Position numbers and translations under genes: made by a program | Assembly (NCBI GenBank): GCA_043228905.1 | Contig: JBHGNT010000008.1 | Span: forward strand, 12,338,001 to 12,402,000 | Origin: Azolla caroliniana | Taxonomy: Eukaryota; Plantae; Polypodiophyta | Direction: 5' to 3' | Length of the DNA stretch: 64,000 nucleotides | Notes under the pieces: model-generated | What the model was told of the DNA's origin: nothing | Databases searched by the model: none | Seen by the model: the letters and a program-made list of their open reading frames with translations, nothing else | In this document: positions 1 to 12,502 of the stretch, piece by piece | Layout of the letters: each line of letters opens with the position of its first letter | Numbering within the stretch: the first letter of the stretch is position 1

Positions 1-410
1 GGTTGTCTGGCCACCACAATCCGGTGATCATCCTGGCTTCATCATCATTCCGATCGTTTAGCCCATCCAGTCATGTTTGTCTGTTCGTTTGGTCGTGTCT
101 GTTTTGGCCTTCTCAACTTCTTCCTCCATGCTCCGGATCCTTGACCGGGCCTTCTTGAGTTCTTCAGTTGTGGCAAACAATTGATCCCGTTGTGCTCTCT
201 CTTCTACTTCAAATTGGCTTACAACCCCAACCACTTGCTCTCTGATCCATCGCAACCATTGACTGTCGGTGCCTTGTTGCCTTTCCACTTCCGGTTGCAG
301 TGTTGGCTCTACTCTCGCCACAAACCCTTGTTGTAATCTCGTCTCTCGCGGCAACTCCTTCTCTTGTTGTGCCTGTTGACCCGGTGTCGTGTAGTTTTTC
401 ACACACGATA

Positions 411-1568
411 TGAGAACCAGTAAAATAATTATTTACGATTAGCTTAATATATTGATATGGGAAGATAGATGTGTTCAAGAGCTTCATAATGTATTTTACT
501 ACGCATGAATTGGATAAATAAGTATCAAGTTATGTGAGTGAGAGGTTTGAAGAGAAAAAGGAAAAAATACAAAACTGTGAGATATCCCCCATAGATAGGT
601 CAACATTGGAACGCAGGATATATAAGGGAAACCAAAACATATTCATTCTATCGATGTGTAGAGCACAGAATGTTCAAGGTGACTTGGGCTACACTGTGTG
701 GTGTGCATGCTTCGGGCGTACGCGCGTATGCACGGCCGTATTGACGCTTCGGGCGTATGCACGTATGCACGGCCACGTGGACGTTTTCGGACGTACGCGT
801 GTGTGCAAGTTTCGGGCTTACGCGTGCACGGCTGCGTGGAAGTTTCAGACTGACGCGTGTATGCGAATGAGCGCGCAGATACATACACGGTGCGAGTTCG
901 ACGCGTGCGCGCGTGGATGTGTACATTGCACGATCGGGACTTTTGCGCGCGGATGCGTCTACGGTTTGGTTGCGACGAACGTACGGATTGCGCACGGGCT
1001 AAACTTTATGGATGATTGTGTCATTTGGCCGAATTATACGGACAGACGCATGCAACCAAAAGCCAAGGCCATGCAACTAAAAGTAAAAGGCATGCAACTA
1101 AAAGTAGAGGCCATGCAACTAAAAATAGAGGCCATGCAACTAAAAGTGGGCATGCAAAGTAACATTGGGGAGGAGGATCAACAGAGAGATCGATATATGT
1201 CCCATTTTTCCCCTCTAGTTTTTTTTTTTTTTTCCTTCTTCTTCCCTCTCGGATTCGAAAAACAAATTATCTCATATATTGATATCAAACTCCTAGCTTT
1301 GTTGACTTGATCTTTCTTGTCAAAAATTATCTCTCGTATTCATATCGGACCACTCCTTGCATGGTTGTTGGCTCCTTTCTTTGAAAAATTAATCTGTCAT
1401 TTCCATACCCAACCCATTGTAACACGATTCTGAAATTATAAAGAATCGATTTTCTTTTGCAATAAACTAAGGATTTGTCTCTCCCACTTGTCTTGTGCTT
1501 AAAACTTGCTTGTGTTGTACGTGTTGCACTAAATCCTTCTAGTTCAGAACCCCGACGGTTCTGTCTCA
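411..1568. mobile_element. Solo LTR inserted in the accessory ORF of gypsy A
   Basis: TGAGA...TCTCA inverted termini; near-perfect 5-bp TSD CGATA (406-410) / CGATC (1569-1573); excision restores the flanking reading frame. Confidence 0.75.
1047..1157 (+). repeat. 21-bp tandem repeat (GCCATGCAACTAAAAGTAGAG, about 5 copies) inside the solo LTR
   Basis: Directly visible; gives the AMQLKVE repeat in spurious ORF 534-1310. Confidence 0.9.
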
Positions 1569-4500
1569 CGATCCGCACATAGTGACGGATTTTCACGACA
1601 CCGGTGAGATTGGTGCTTCTGTTACCGTTACTGGCTGAACAAGCTCCATTTCCTTCCTTGACTCTAGTTCCTCGGAGTGGGGTATCGGTGTGTTGTCCTT
1701 TATCAAACCCAATTCGTCCCTTTTCTGCTCCGCATTGCTTCTCTTCTGGCGACGTAGGAGAGTATTGACGGGTTCTTCCTCTAGCTCGTCCTCTTGGGTT
1801 CCCATGTTTATCCCTTGAACCAAGTTAGGCGGCTCTTGCTCTTGCCGATACAATTTGATTTCAAGAGGCCTAACCAGTTGCTCTACCGGTGCCTCTCTCT
1901 CCGCATGTTGCTTCCGACGGGGCTGCACCTTTTCTTTTTGTGATGAACCTCCCTCTGTCCAACCGGGAGTGTGCTTGGCAAGGAGTTGCTACCACTTCGA
2001 GGGCTTGTTTGGCGTTGTATCGGCCATTCGGCCCCACGTCTTTGCCTTTAATGTCAGCACTAGCGGTACTAAGAGAGTGAGCCATTGAGCCACTACTGTC
2101 CACACCTTCTTGCCGTCTACCACCGATTGTATGGACGCTCACAAACAATCAACGATGATTACCGGCCAATCCACCTTTACCCCTTCGTATGTGGCGATGA
2201 TGAATCCCGCTTTGTTCTTTCGCATTGTCAGGGGTCGGGGGTGCACAAACCCATACTCGTGGAGCACACGAGCTACTTCTCGAAACAAGGTGTCGTCACC
2301 GCCCTGTGTCCGGTACGCTTTGCTGGCCAGGGAGTACTCCCCGAAGAACTTTGTCAGCGTCTCTGGGGAAGGATTCTCAATGGAGTAGATCCCTCCCTCC
2401 GGCAATCTGATTAAGGCGCGGATGGCCTCCTCCATGATTACTTCTAGGTCAATCTTCTTTGCGACCTTTTCCGCTTCTTCGTGCAGAGGTGCCTCTACTA
2501 TCCGTAGGAAGCCCTCCAAGCCATGTTGAGTGAAACATTTCTTCGCAGTCTCGGAAAGCGCCATGGGCTCCAGCGTGTCCTCTATTTCAGTGGCGGTGGG
2601 GAGCTTTGGTGTGCCTGTGGTAGCTTCTGGTGTTCGCCTAATCACTTGTATCCACCTATGTGTGCTAAGTGCTTTTGGTTCGTGAAATGAGAGAGACTCT
2701 GTTATGCGGAGGTTTTGTGTTCTCATCCTTGCCGCCTTTTTTCGATTCCCACACATGCACGTCGTGTGCTTTTAATAGTGGTTGTGTGAGGCGTGGTGGG
2801 CTTTAAATGACTGACGTCACACCATTTCGAGGTGTTCGTTCATTTTTTAATGGCCGTCATTTTTCCTTTCTTTCTTTTCTTTGCCTGCATGAATTCTAAA
2901 CCCTTGTATCTGGCAACACCATATCCGTTGTATGTTCCTCCTCTTGGTTGCCAGCTATCCGCTTGCCATTCCTGATTTTTGCTTCAGCATTCAGTTGTTT
3001 GAACGGGTTCTGCAGCATTGATCCGTAATACGGTTTTAGTCAGAAACCGTTTACCCACTTTTCCACGACTTCGCCGGCCAGTGTTCCCAGCTGATACGAG
3101 CCTTTAAACTCTCGTGTTATCTAGTACGGTCCGGTTCACCGGTACTGTAGCATTCCCGGCATTTTGCCCATCCGGGTCTGAAATACTAACACCGGTTGGC
3201 CGATTCCGAACATTTTCTCGTTCCCTTTCTAGTTTCCAGTGCTAGTCGACGAACACTTTCCATCGTCGTTGCTCGAGTTCCAACTACAGAATGCTAGCTA
3301 TCCAATGTTCTTCTAATTCGCACAATGTCGCTAGTCGGATTTTTCCGATTCCTTCTCACTTAACCTTTCCCGTACTTGAATCCGCAAACTTGGAATTTGA
3401 ATCTCTATCGGCATGAACGCTTGTAATCCGAAAGCTAACCGGAATGGTGTTGTCCGGATACTTGTTTTGTACGCGATTCGGTAAGCCCACAACGCACTCT
3501 GCAGCTTCGTGTCCCACTCGGTGTGGTTTTCATTAACTATTTTCCAAAGGATGTTCTACAAGGTTTTGTTGGTGGATTCGGCCAATCCGTTGGCTTGCGG
3601 ATAATAAGGTGTACTCCACTTGTGTACGACCACATAAAATGTTGTCAAGCTCTCCACTACTTGACCGAGGAAATGTCCTCCTTGATCACTGATAAGTTCT
3701 ATTGGGCATCCATACCGACACCAAATGTACTCGTCTAGGAACTTGGTCGTTGAGGCCGCGGTATTATCCCAGAGTGCCTTTGCTTCCACCCATTTGGTGC
3801 AGTAGTCTGTTGCTACAATGATATACCAGTTCCCAGTCCGCATTTCCGGAGGTTTGAAAGGTCCGACGAAGTCCAATCCCCATTTTTGAAATGGCTCCAG
3901 TGATAACACCGACTGGTGTGGCATCCTTGCTTGTTCTGTTGGTTGGCCCATCTGTTGACATAAGTCGCATTCCTTTGCACACCAAATCGAGCCCTTACGT
4001 GTTGTAGGCCACCACAATCCACTTCGCCATATTTTCCTTGCCATTGCATCTCTGGCATAATGTCCTTCGGCGACTCGACAGTGACCTTCCTATAAAATTG
4101 TCTCCTTTTCATTGCTCTGAACCGCTCTTCGCCATATACCGTCCGCTCCCTTGTGGTACAACGTATCCTGCAGTAAACAAAAATGTCGTCTTTGTACCGC
4201 CAACCTCTTCCATTCGTCCTAGTTCAGTTCTTCCTAGGGCAATCTGGTGCTTAAAAAGTTATGCATATTCTTCAGCCATTTGTCCTCCTCGGCAACCGTC
4301 CCATCCACCGTATTCTCCGCTATTACCCTAAACAGTTGCGCATCCGGAAGGTCGTCTTTGATGCCATCACCTGCCTCTCCGGATTCTAACCGGCTCAAGT
4401 AATCCGCGACCGCATGTTGTACTCCCGGTCTGTGGTAAATCTCGAATTTGAACTCCTGTAGAAGCAGCATCCATCGTGCTAGTTTGTCAGTTAGCGATGC

Positions 4501-7124
4501 CTTGGAGACCAAGTACAGTAATGCCGAATGATCCACATGGAACGAGAATTTCCTTTCCAACAAGTAGTGACGGAACTTCGTTACGTTGTATATCATTCCC
4601 AAGGCTTCCCTTTCCGTTGTTGAATAATTCTGTTCCACTTGGGAGAGCTTCCAACTGGCATAGTAAACCTGCCAATACCACTTCGATTCGGTGAGCTGCA
4701 TAAGAACGTTGTCGATCGGGATATTAGATGCGTCCACGAACACATGAAATTCCTTCGACCAATCCGAGGGTTGTATGACCAGTGCATGGGACAACATTAA
4801 TTTGAGCGCATGGTATGCCTTATCCTCCGGTTTTGTCCATTGGAAAGGTGTCCGGTGTACAACTGCGTGTAGTGGTGTTGCAAGATCAGCCAAGTATCGG
4901 AACATCTGGCTATGCCACCAGATTTGCCCTAAAAACCGGCTCAGAGCTTTGGCGGTTGTTGGTGCCGGTGCTTCCAAAATGGCTTTAACTTTATCCGGGT
5001 CCACCGCAATCCCGTGCCGGTAACCTCTGCATTTCTCCAGGCATAACCAAAGATGGTCAAGATGTTCTCCTTTCTTGTTGTACACCGCAAAGTCATCCAA
5101 GAACACCTGCATAAACACTGGGATAAATTCCCCGAAAATTTCCATGATGATTAGTTGGAACGTTGCCGATGCCGTTTTCAGTCTGAAAATCATCACGACT
5201 GCTACAAAGACTCCACATTCTGTGATGAACGCAGTTTTCTTCTGATCGTCCGGGTGCATCCTGATTTGGTTATACCCGCTGAATCCGTCGAGGAAGCTAT
5301 ACACCTCATGGCCTGCTACCGCATCCAAGACTCCATCCGTGAATGGGAGCGGAAATGCATCGGTAACAGTGGCAGCATTCAATTTCCGGTAATCCACACA
5401 GACCTGGATCTTTCCATTTTTCTTTGGTACCACCACAATTGGGCTTAGCCAGGTGGCTTGCTTCACCGGCCGGATAAACCCAACCCGCATCAACTTGTCG
5501 ATCTCCTCTTTTAGTTTAGCCGCGTAATTCGGATTCATCCGGTAACGTCTCTGCGCTACTGGTTTCGCATCCTTGCTTAAATGAATCTGGTGCTGATATA
5601 ATTGCGGGTCCAGTCCTCGCATGTCTTCGTATGACCACGCAAATACATCCCGGAATTCTTTAAATAATGTGACCATTGCCGATTTCTCCTCCGGTGGCAT
5701 TTCTTTAGCCACCTAAACCGGTCTTGCTTCTTCATTGGTTCTCAAATTCACTTCTTCCAATTGTGATGCTTTCACCCATTCTGATACCACCATCTCCCGC
5801 TCTAGGGCCTCTTGTGCTTGTCGCAATTCCCGGATCGCGTCCCTATCCGGTTCCTCACCGGCATCCTCCGGTTGGCCAATATATGGGGAGACCGCCTCTG
5901 CAACGTTCACTTCGAACAGAGGGACTATCCTTGGGTTTTCATCAAGGTAGCGATCTACCTCCTCATCGGCAAGCCCTTCCAGCATATTCACGCTTTTGGC
6001 ATACGGTGTTACTTCCTTGCCCGGGCCCGCTTGAGGGTGTGTGGGTACTCTTACCTTAGTTTTCCCCCTTTGGAACGTAATGTTGTTCTTCTACCAGTTC
6101 TATTTGATGTGGGTGGTCCGTAACCATGGTCGTCCTAGCAACAGTGGGTATGCTCCCTTCGCATTCAACTAGAGGACGACGGCAAAAATCCGGAAGGCAT
6201 GGCCTCCAATTGTTACCTCCAAATCCGGGATCAATCCGGTCGGTCGTACTGAGCTAGTGTCCACCATCCGAAGCCAAAATGGGCATGGTTCCCATTCTTG
6301 GATTCCAAGAGTGTTGCATGTTTGGAGGCTTATTACGTTTACTCCCGATCCGCCATTGACGATCATCCTCGGTACTTCCTGTCCTTTGATAATGGTGGTG
6401 ATTGCGGGACTGCTGGTATTGACCACTGTCGGCCCTTCCTTGGTATTCGAAAAGAACGTCAGAGCTGGTGTGGGGCTTGGTGGGGCCCATGCCGATTTTA
6501 AACCATCGGTGAATCGGGGCACGAATTGCAGTAACCGGCCCAGTGGTAGCATGATCTGACATTCCTGTAATACCTGCCATGTGGGGTTCTCGTGTTGCAT
6601 CATCTTTGTAGGTTTCTCCAATGCGTTCCTTTGCTTCTTCAGTTTGGTGACATTCCGTTCATTTGCCTTTTCGATCCATTCTATTGCTTGTTTGCGGATA
6701 GTTTCCTGAGCCTCCCATTCGGCCATCTTTCCCTTTGATCTAGTGGTGACTTGCTGGATGTCCGCCACTTCTGCAACCACCATGTTGACTGTTGGTCGTT
6801 TTTCGTTACTCTTTACCAGACATTGGTTGTTGTAGTGTCCCTCCTAGCGGCCATAGTAGCAATACACGGAAGGCATATTGCTAGACTCTGCTTTTTGCAT
6901 GTTACCCGGTTGAAATCTGAATACAACCTGGTTAGGCTCCTCTACTCTTCTTTGTTCCATTTGAGCGTTATTTATGCTTCTATTTGGCTCTCGTTGGTAA
7001 TCCCTTGTTGGTTCCCGACGATCCTCTTTCGGAGCATTCCGTTTTTTATTATAGTGTCGGTTGTTCTGGTATCCTTGCCAGCGCTCTCAAACCGAACCGA
7101 ACCATTGCCGATTGTTATCATGTG

Positions 7125-9530
7125 ACATTAATTAGATCTTGCTTGTAGCCATGACTTCACCTTTCTCACACGATCCTTCACCAAATAGCAACCCTTAAGA
7201 TCTCCACGCTTGATTTGAAAAGCCATTGTTATGTGCACTCTCCCTCCTCTCTCCCTTCACAAAAACAAAACCTCAAGTTTACTTTTCCTCTTTGCCTTTT
7301 TCCACTCCTATTCTTACATCTATCAGTCGTTCACACTTGCCAATAAAAATAGCTATGACCCTCTCCTCATCTTCCCGTTACTAACCTTCCCTTTCCCACC
7401 CAAATACACAAAGTAATGTTTCTAGCTTTTCACACTCACCCACAACTATAATAAATAAGCACATTTCCTAACCTAACAATTGCATCAACAAAACAAAAAA
7501 GATATTGAAGTCTCACTGATATTTAAAAAGAACTTAACGAAATCGAAGTTCATTTCACTAATCTTGATCCTATTTATTCCAATTATCTTGAAATTATTGA
7601 TGAGAACGAAGATCCAATCAATTGTAATGAACCCATAAATGTTGAATAAGCTTTAAGCGAACATTATGTAGATGAGTGGGCTAAAGCAATGGAAGATGAA
7701 ATGCATGCTCTACAAAGGAATGACATGGATTATTTTGGAAAAACCCAAGGACCGAAAGATAATCACATGTAAGTGGCTATTCTAAATTAAATGAGATTCT
7801 CTCGGCAAGCCTATATGTTACAAAACTAGACTGGTTGCACAAGGATTCTCACAAGTATTCAAAATCGACTTCAAAGATACTTTTAGTCCCACCCTAAAGA
7901 AAATGTTGTTTCGTATGCTTGTGGGACTCGCCACAACTCTAAACCTTGAACTTCATCATTTGAATCCTTAAAAAACATTTTTACATGGTGAACTAAATGA
8001 AGAAGTCTACAAGTGGTCAATTCCCAAATCACATATGTCAACTTCGATAAATCCATCTATCGACTTCACCAATCACTTCGAGTGCGGTATCACCATTTGG
8101 ACTCCTTTCTTCTTGGTAATGGTTTAAATGCCTAATTAAGGAATGAAGCCAATATATGTATTCAAACGAATGCACCTAATTTCGTATTAATAGGGGTATA
8201 TGTAAATGACCTACCTTTAGTATCAAATTCTCTATCTTATATTGTTACATGTAAACACGAATTGAAGGCCAAATTTCCAATCACCGATCTAGGTCCTATG
8301 TCTTATTTTCTAGGGGTTGAAATTAGATTTCTTTATCTCAATCACAATATATATCTAACATTCACATGCTCCATTGTAAGTCAATATATCTACTCGACTA
8401 ACAATTACTTGTAAACTAGATGCCCCTAAAACTACTAAAGAATCTCTTGAAATGGAAAATGTACAATATAAATAAGTCATAGGATGTATAAAGTATCTAT
8501 AGTACAAGGCCAAATATATGTTTTAATGCTGGTTTATTATCACGTTTCATGCTCAACCTAGGTCCAAAATGTTGGTCGGGCATGATGGCCAAGGTGTGAA
8601 AGGGTCGAAAGGTCAAACCGATATGGGCAGAAGCTGGACAAAAGTCGAAGGAAAATAACGCATGTAAATAGTAGATTCGAGAATTAGTAACAGTTTTACG
8701 TTCTTGATGTAATTGTTCATGCTTCCTATAAAAAGAGGGCATGCAACCTTGTAAAAACGATCGGTCTGTAAGAGTTAATCATAATACAATCTTTATTTGA
8801 GTAATTCTTTGTCTATATTCTTCAGGGTTTCATTTCCATATATACTGTGTACTGTGTAGACCGATTGGTTGTAGCTGACTCGGATAAAGTTCAGAGTGTG
8901 TTCTAAGCATCCGATCAGGTATCTTCTGTGTGAGTTTACCTTTACCTCAATCTGTGCAAGTGCATCATTAGCAAAGTAACTGGTTCAGTATTTTACCCAT
9001 CCCTCCAACCACAAGACCTTGATCAGGTTACTTAGTGACTAAGTATCTGATCCGTGTTCCTAGAGACTAGTAACACAAAACATTGGCAAGCTTTTAAAAC
9101 ACGTACTTAGATACCTTGAGCATACTAAAGATTTAGCAATTACTTTTTCATTCACACGGTCAAACAGCCCAAGTCACTTTATGTGGTTGGACTAATCCCT
9201 CCTCAAATCATACCAATTTGTCTACCTTTGATTGGGTGCAATGTTTATACACTAGCAGGTGGAGAAATTGCTTGGCGATCCAAGAAATAAATGATCATTG
9301 CATTATCATGAATTGAAGTTCAATACATTGCAGCTGCAAAATTGGCAAAAGAAAGAATTTGGATTAAAGCGATACTTGAAGAATTAAAGTTATTCTAAGT
9401 ATCAACATTGGAGTTGAATTGCTATAGTCAAAAGCACATATTGGGTTGCAAGAAGATAGGGATTCTAAATTTTTCGAAAGTCAAAGAACAAAACATGATG
9501 TTTTGATTGCTTCATTAGGGGGCAGTGTTT
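7125..9530 (+). mobile_element. Highly degenerate Ty1/copia RT-RNase H remnant
   Basis: Broken-frame motifs WAKAMEDEM, YKTRLVAQGFSQ, FLHGELNEEVY, GVYVNDL, HWQAFKHVLRYL; ends in PPT-like TTAGGGGGCAG followed by TGTT (about 9515-9530). Confidence 0.8.
8570..9075 (+). mobile_element. Solo LTR nested in the copia remnant
   Basis: TGTTG...TAACA termini, perfect TSD CAAAA (8565-8569 / 9076-9080), internal TATAAAA; removal rejoins NLGPK|HWQAF. Confidence 0.85.
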
Positions 9531-11007
9531 AAATAAAGAATAATGAAATAATAAAACAATAAAAACAAATAAATAATAATGTATATGGCCTCTCATATAA
9601 GAGACACTTGAAGAGCCATTGTGTCTCTCATACACCATTGGCAACTACTTGTTACATCATTGTACATTTTGTTTGAATTGAATAGAATCAAGACATTAAG
9701 TCTATACAACTCTGTCATATGTTCTATTACTATACTCCTAGAATATATATACATTATTCTGAAATTTATTTTTTTGTTTTGGTTATGATTGTCAAATAAG
9801 TACAAAGCCTCCATTGTGATTTACATTGGAGATCTTAGTATGTGCAAGTAGCCTATAGCAAGTAGTAAGGAGGTGGTCAACTAGTACCAATGAAGAAGAA
9901 CATTACTGCTAGAGGCAACTCAAGTGTTCTAGAACGGAATGCCGACCATAATAGCTATAAATTACCCATAACTCTTATGAGAAATGATGAGGACGAGACA
10001 CAATCTTGTGGAAATCATGTATTGCACAAAGTCATCAATATTATTGGTACTACTATCAAAGGAACTTTTATGGCTATCACCCCCATGCTAATGGTAGCAA
10101 TTCCGCTTGACCAACTTCATCATGTGTATGACTTTTTGTAGCTAAATGTGAGCACTAGTAAAACCCTCTTTGACCTAGCCACCACTCTTCACCAAGCCAT
10201 ATTGAGACCATGCTCAATGTTGAATTTTAGCCATATGGGTGGTTCTTTGACACTAGAAGCTATACATGTCAAAACGAACTAGCTAGCTCCCTACATGTAC
10301 CCATATCTAGACCATCTTTTATGTTGGAATTTAGCCATAGGATTTGCTCTATTGCACAACAAAGTATACATGTGGAAACAAACCACGTCCATTGAGACAA
10401 TTCACACAATTTCTATTACGTCACAAACATTATTTATGTTATAGGTCAGCTATATTCGGGTTATTCATTGACATGTAACGACGGTGATTGCTATACATAT
10501 ACAAATGGCGATGAGGGAAATAATGTCCTCTATGACAGTGGACTATTTTTCCAAAGTCAATATCATATATATATATATATACATGCATGCATAATGACCA
10601 GTACATGTGTGCCATTTTTACATACAAATGGATGCTCGCATAAGCAAGAAGTCAAGACCATGTCACTATATCTTAATTCCAGTGCACAGCCTCTCCTATG
10701 AAGAAAGGGATAGCAAAAACCTCCACATTTGAGGTATTTTTTTCCTATCGAGATTTATAGAGATTCTAAGTATTCACAATTACTATTCTACTCCATGTTA
10801 ACACATCATATACTCTTTTATCCTCGACAAGACAGCTTATTCATGAAGATACTAGAAACAATTTCAAGTTTTATTGATTGAAATTATATCATCATCTTAT
10901 TTCGAGACCTGTAGTGTGTATGCCACTACCAAAGAAGGTACACATGTTCCTGTATTTCGAAAATTGTGTGAAGATCAAGCATTCAATGCGAAACATATAT
11001 CATGTGC

Positions 11008-11058
<51 letters not shown>

Positions 11059-11086
11059 TGTATGTATGTATGTATGTATATATGTA
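11008..11086. repeat. Compound (TA)n(TATG)n microsatellite just downstream of the BRO1 stop codon
   Basis: Directly visible. Confidence 0.9.
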
Positions 11087-11231
11087 TCGTCTAATAGGTA
11101 CATATATTGGTAGAATACAGAACATGGCCTTCTTGTACTCATACATATTCATGAGTACATATATACATAAGGCTTGGTGCAATGTACAAGTCAGTGAAAT
11201 AATGGATCTGATTTATACACCAGCCCAACTT

Positions 11232-12502
11232 TTATTTATCTTGTGGCCTTGGATAGCGTGGTTGCTCAGACGGTGAGGGGGCTCCAGAAGAGCTTGAGTA
11301 CGCATTCAATGAATCAGCATTATAATATGGCCCTTGCCACCCTGGATACGGTGGTTGGCTATAATTATGGCCTGGGATAGATGCGGGGTAATGAGGCGGC
11401 GGTACCTGAACTCCACTATTTGAAGGAGTTTGAGGATGCTGTGGGGGCTGATGTTGGGATGAACCGAATGGAAAGTGTCTTGACATCTGGCTCTGTAGAT
11501 CTTCTATCATATCATGACTTTGTATTTCACGTGTCATGACATAATCGCTGCATTGCTGCTTCAGCTCATTGATAACATCCTTGAATCAAAATACAGCGGC
11601 AAAATAGAAGATATGATTACAACAATGTTATGTACGTTACCCAATGAACCCTTGAAGCCACAAAATATAATCACAAAGAAAGATATGAAAATTGCAAACC
11701 TGAACAGAAACATAGAATTTGATGCCTGCATTGTTTATATTGTCACGTATTTCTCGATACTTGGCAACCGCTTTACCAATCTGCTCAAAAGTGTGCTCCT
11801 GGGATGCTAAGCATAAAAACTTAACCTTTGTATGAGCACATTCTTCCCATGGTCTCATAGTTAATTGGTTTTTCTCAAACACTTTTCAGCAAGTAAATTA
11901 TACAGTGCTCACCTTTGAAATCCTCTAGATTGAAAACAGTTACAAATGAACCATTCTGTCTCTGGTACAAGAATAACACTGTTAGCAACACAATGACAAG
12001 CTTCACATTTTTAAATAAATTGCTGCAAAAACATGGCACAACTTTCCACATTTAAAACCTGATAAAATTAAACGTTAAAATTAGTATGGCATGTGTTTCA
12101 CATAATATTTTCCGAATCTTCAAAAATGCATACATATATATAGTTCAGAATAACTTTGGTTTCTTTCCCAACGGAACTTCATGGCATATTATGCTGTATA
12201 GATTTCCAACCTTGATTTGCTCAAGCAGCTGCTCCTGCAACTGCACGTTCTTGTTAACCTCTTCACGAATTTGGTCATATTTTGCTAGCTCTATCTTGAA
12301 AAGCTCTTCATAAGATCCAGATGTGTTCATCAACTTTGGCAAAATATTATCCTATAATGAAAAATACCACCAAATACATTTGAAGTTTCATTATGATTCA
12401 ACGAAGATCAAAATTAACATGAGAATAAAATACCTTTTGACTCATTTTCTTTAGCATATCCTCCAGCCCCACACGTTGAGAAGCTAAATTGTCCAATTGT
12501 GT
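11232..12502 (-). CDS. BRO1: BRO1/ALIX exons 3-7 (end of V domain and proline-rich tail)
   Basis: ORF fragments 12145-12342, 11637-11882 and 11232-11537 carry ALIX-like peptides flanked by AG/GT. Confidence 0.88.

Larger units (their letters stand above)
58..2564 (-). pseudogene. Accessory 3' ORF of gypsy A (about 448 codons once the solo LTR is removed); unknown function, coiled-coil-like C-terminus
   Basis: ORFs 2139-2756 and 1593-1928 share one frame. Removing the solo LTR plus one TSD puts 58-402 in the same frame (..PVS*KSVTMCGS|CVKNYTTPG..). The N-terminal part is homologous to 26209-26640. Confidence 0.7.
1..7120 (-). mobile_element. Ty3/gypsy LTR retrotransposon A (non-chromovirus, Athila/Tat-like), degenerate, no LTR of its own in window
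   Basis: Minus-strand domain order: gag end, protease (MIVNGGSGVNVI, 6169-6783), RT (WLSPIVVVPKKNG..CVDYRKLN..FLDDF) and RNase H (VFVDAS..NYSTTERE) in ORF 4234-5712, integrase (WGLDFVGP..ISDQGGHF..YYPQANG, 3556-4044), then a 3' extra ORF. Many stops and frameshifts. Confidence 0.93.

Noticed and set aside
1047-1157. Repeat array as a possible CRISPR
   Set aside because: Head-to-tail tandem units with no unique spacers, no cas genes, eukaryotic context. The same applies to the 54-bp and CCGG-rich LTR subrepeats at 40150-40410, 44425-44540 and 49790-50010.
534-1310. 258-aa ORF with Cys/Arg-rich and AMQLKV repeats
   Set aside because: Translation of low-complexity and tandem-repeat DNA inside a solo LTR; no protein-like features.
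10874-11276. ORFs with YVCM/HTYI repeats (also 29060-29579, 42565-42906, 62630-63081)
   Set aside because: Microsatellite translations.
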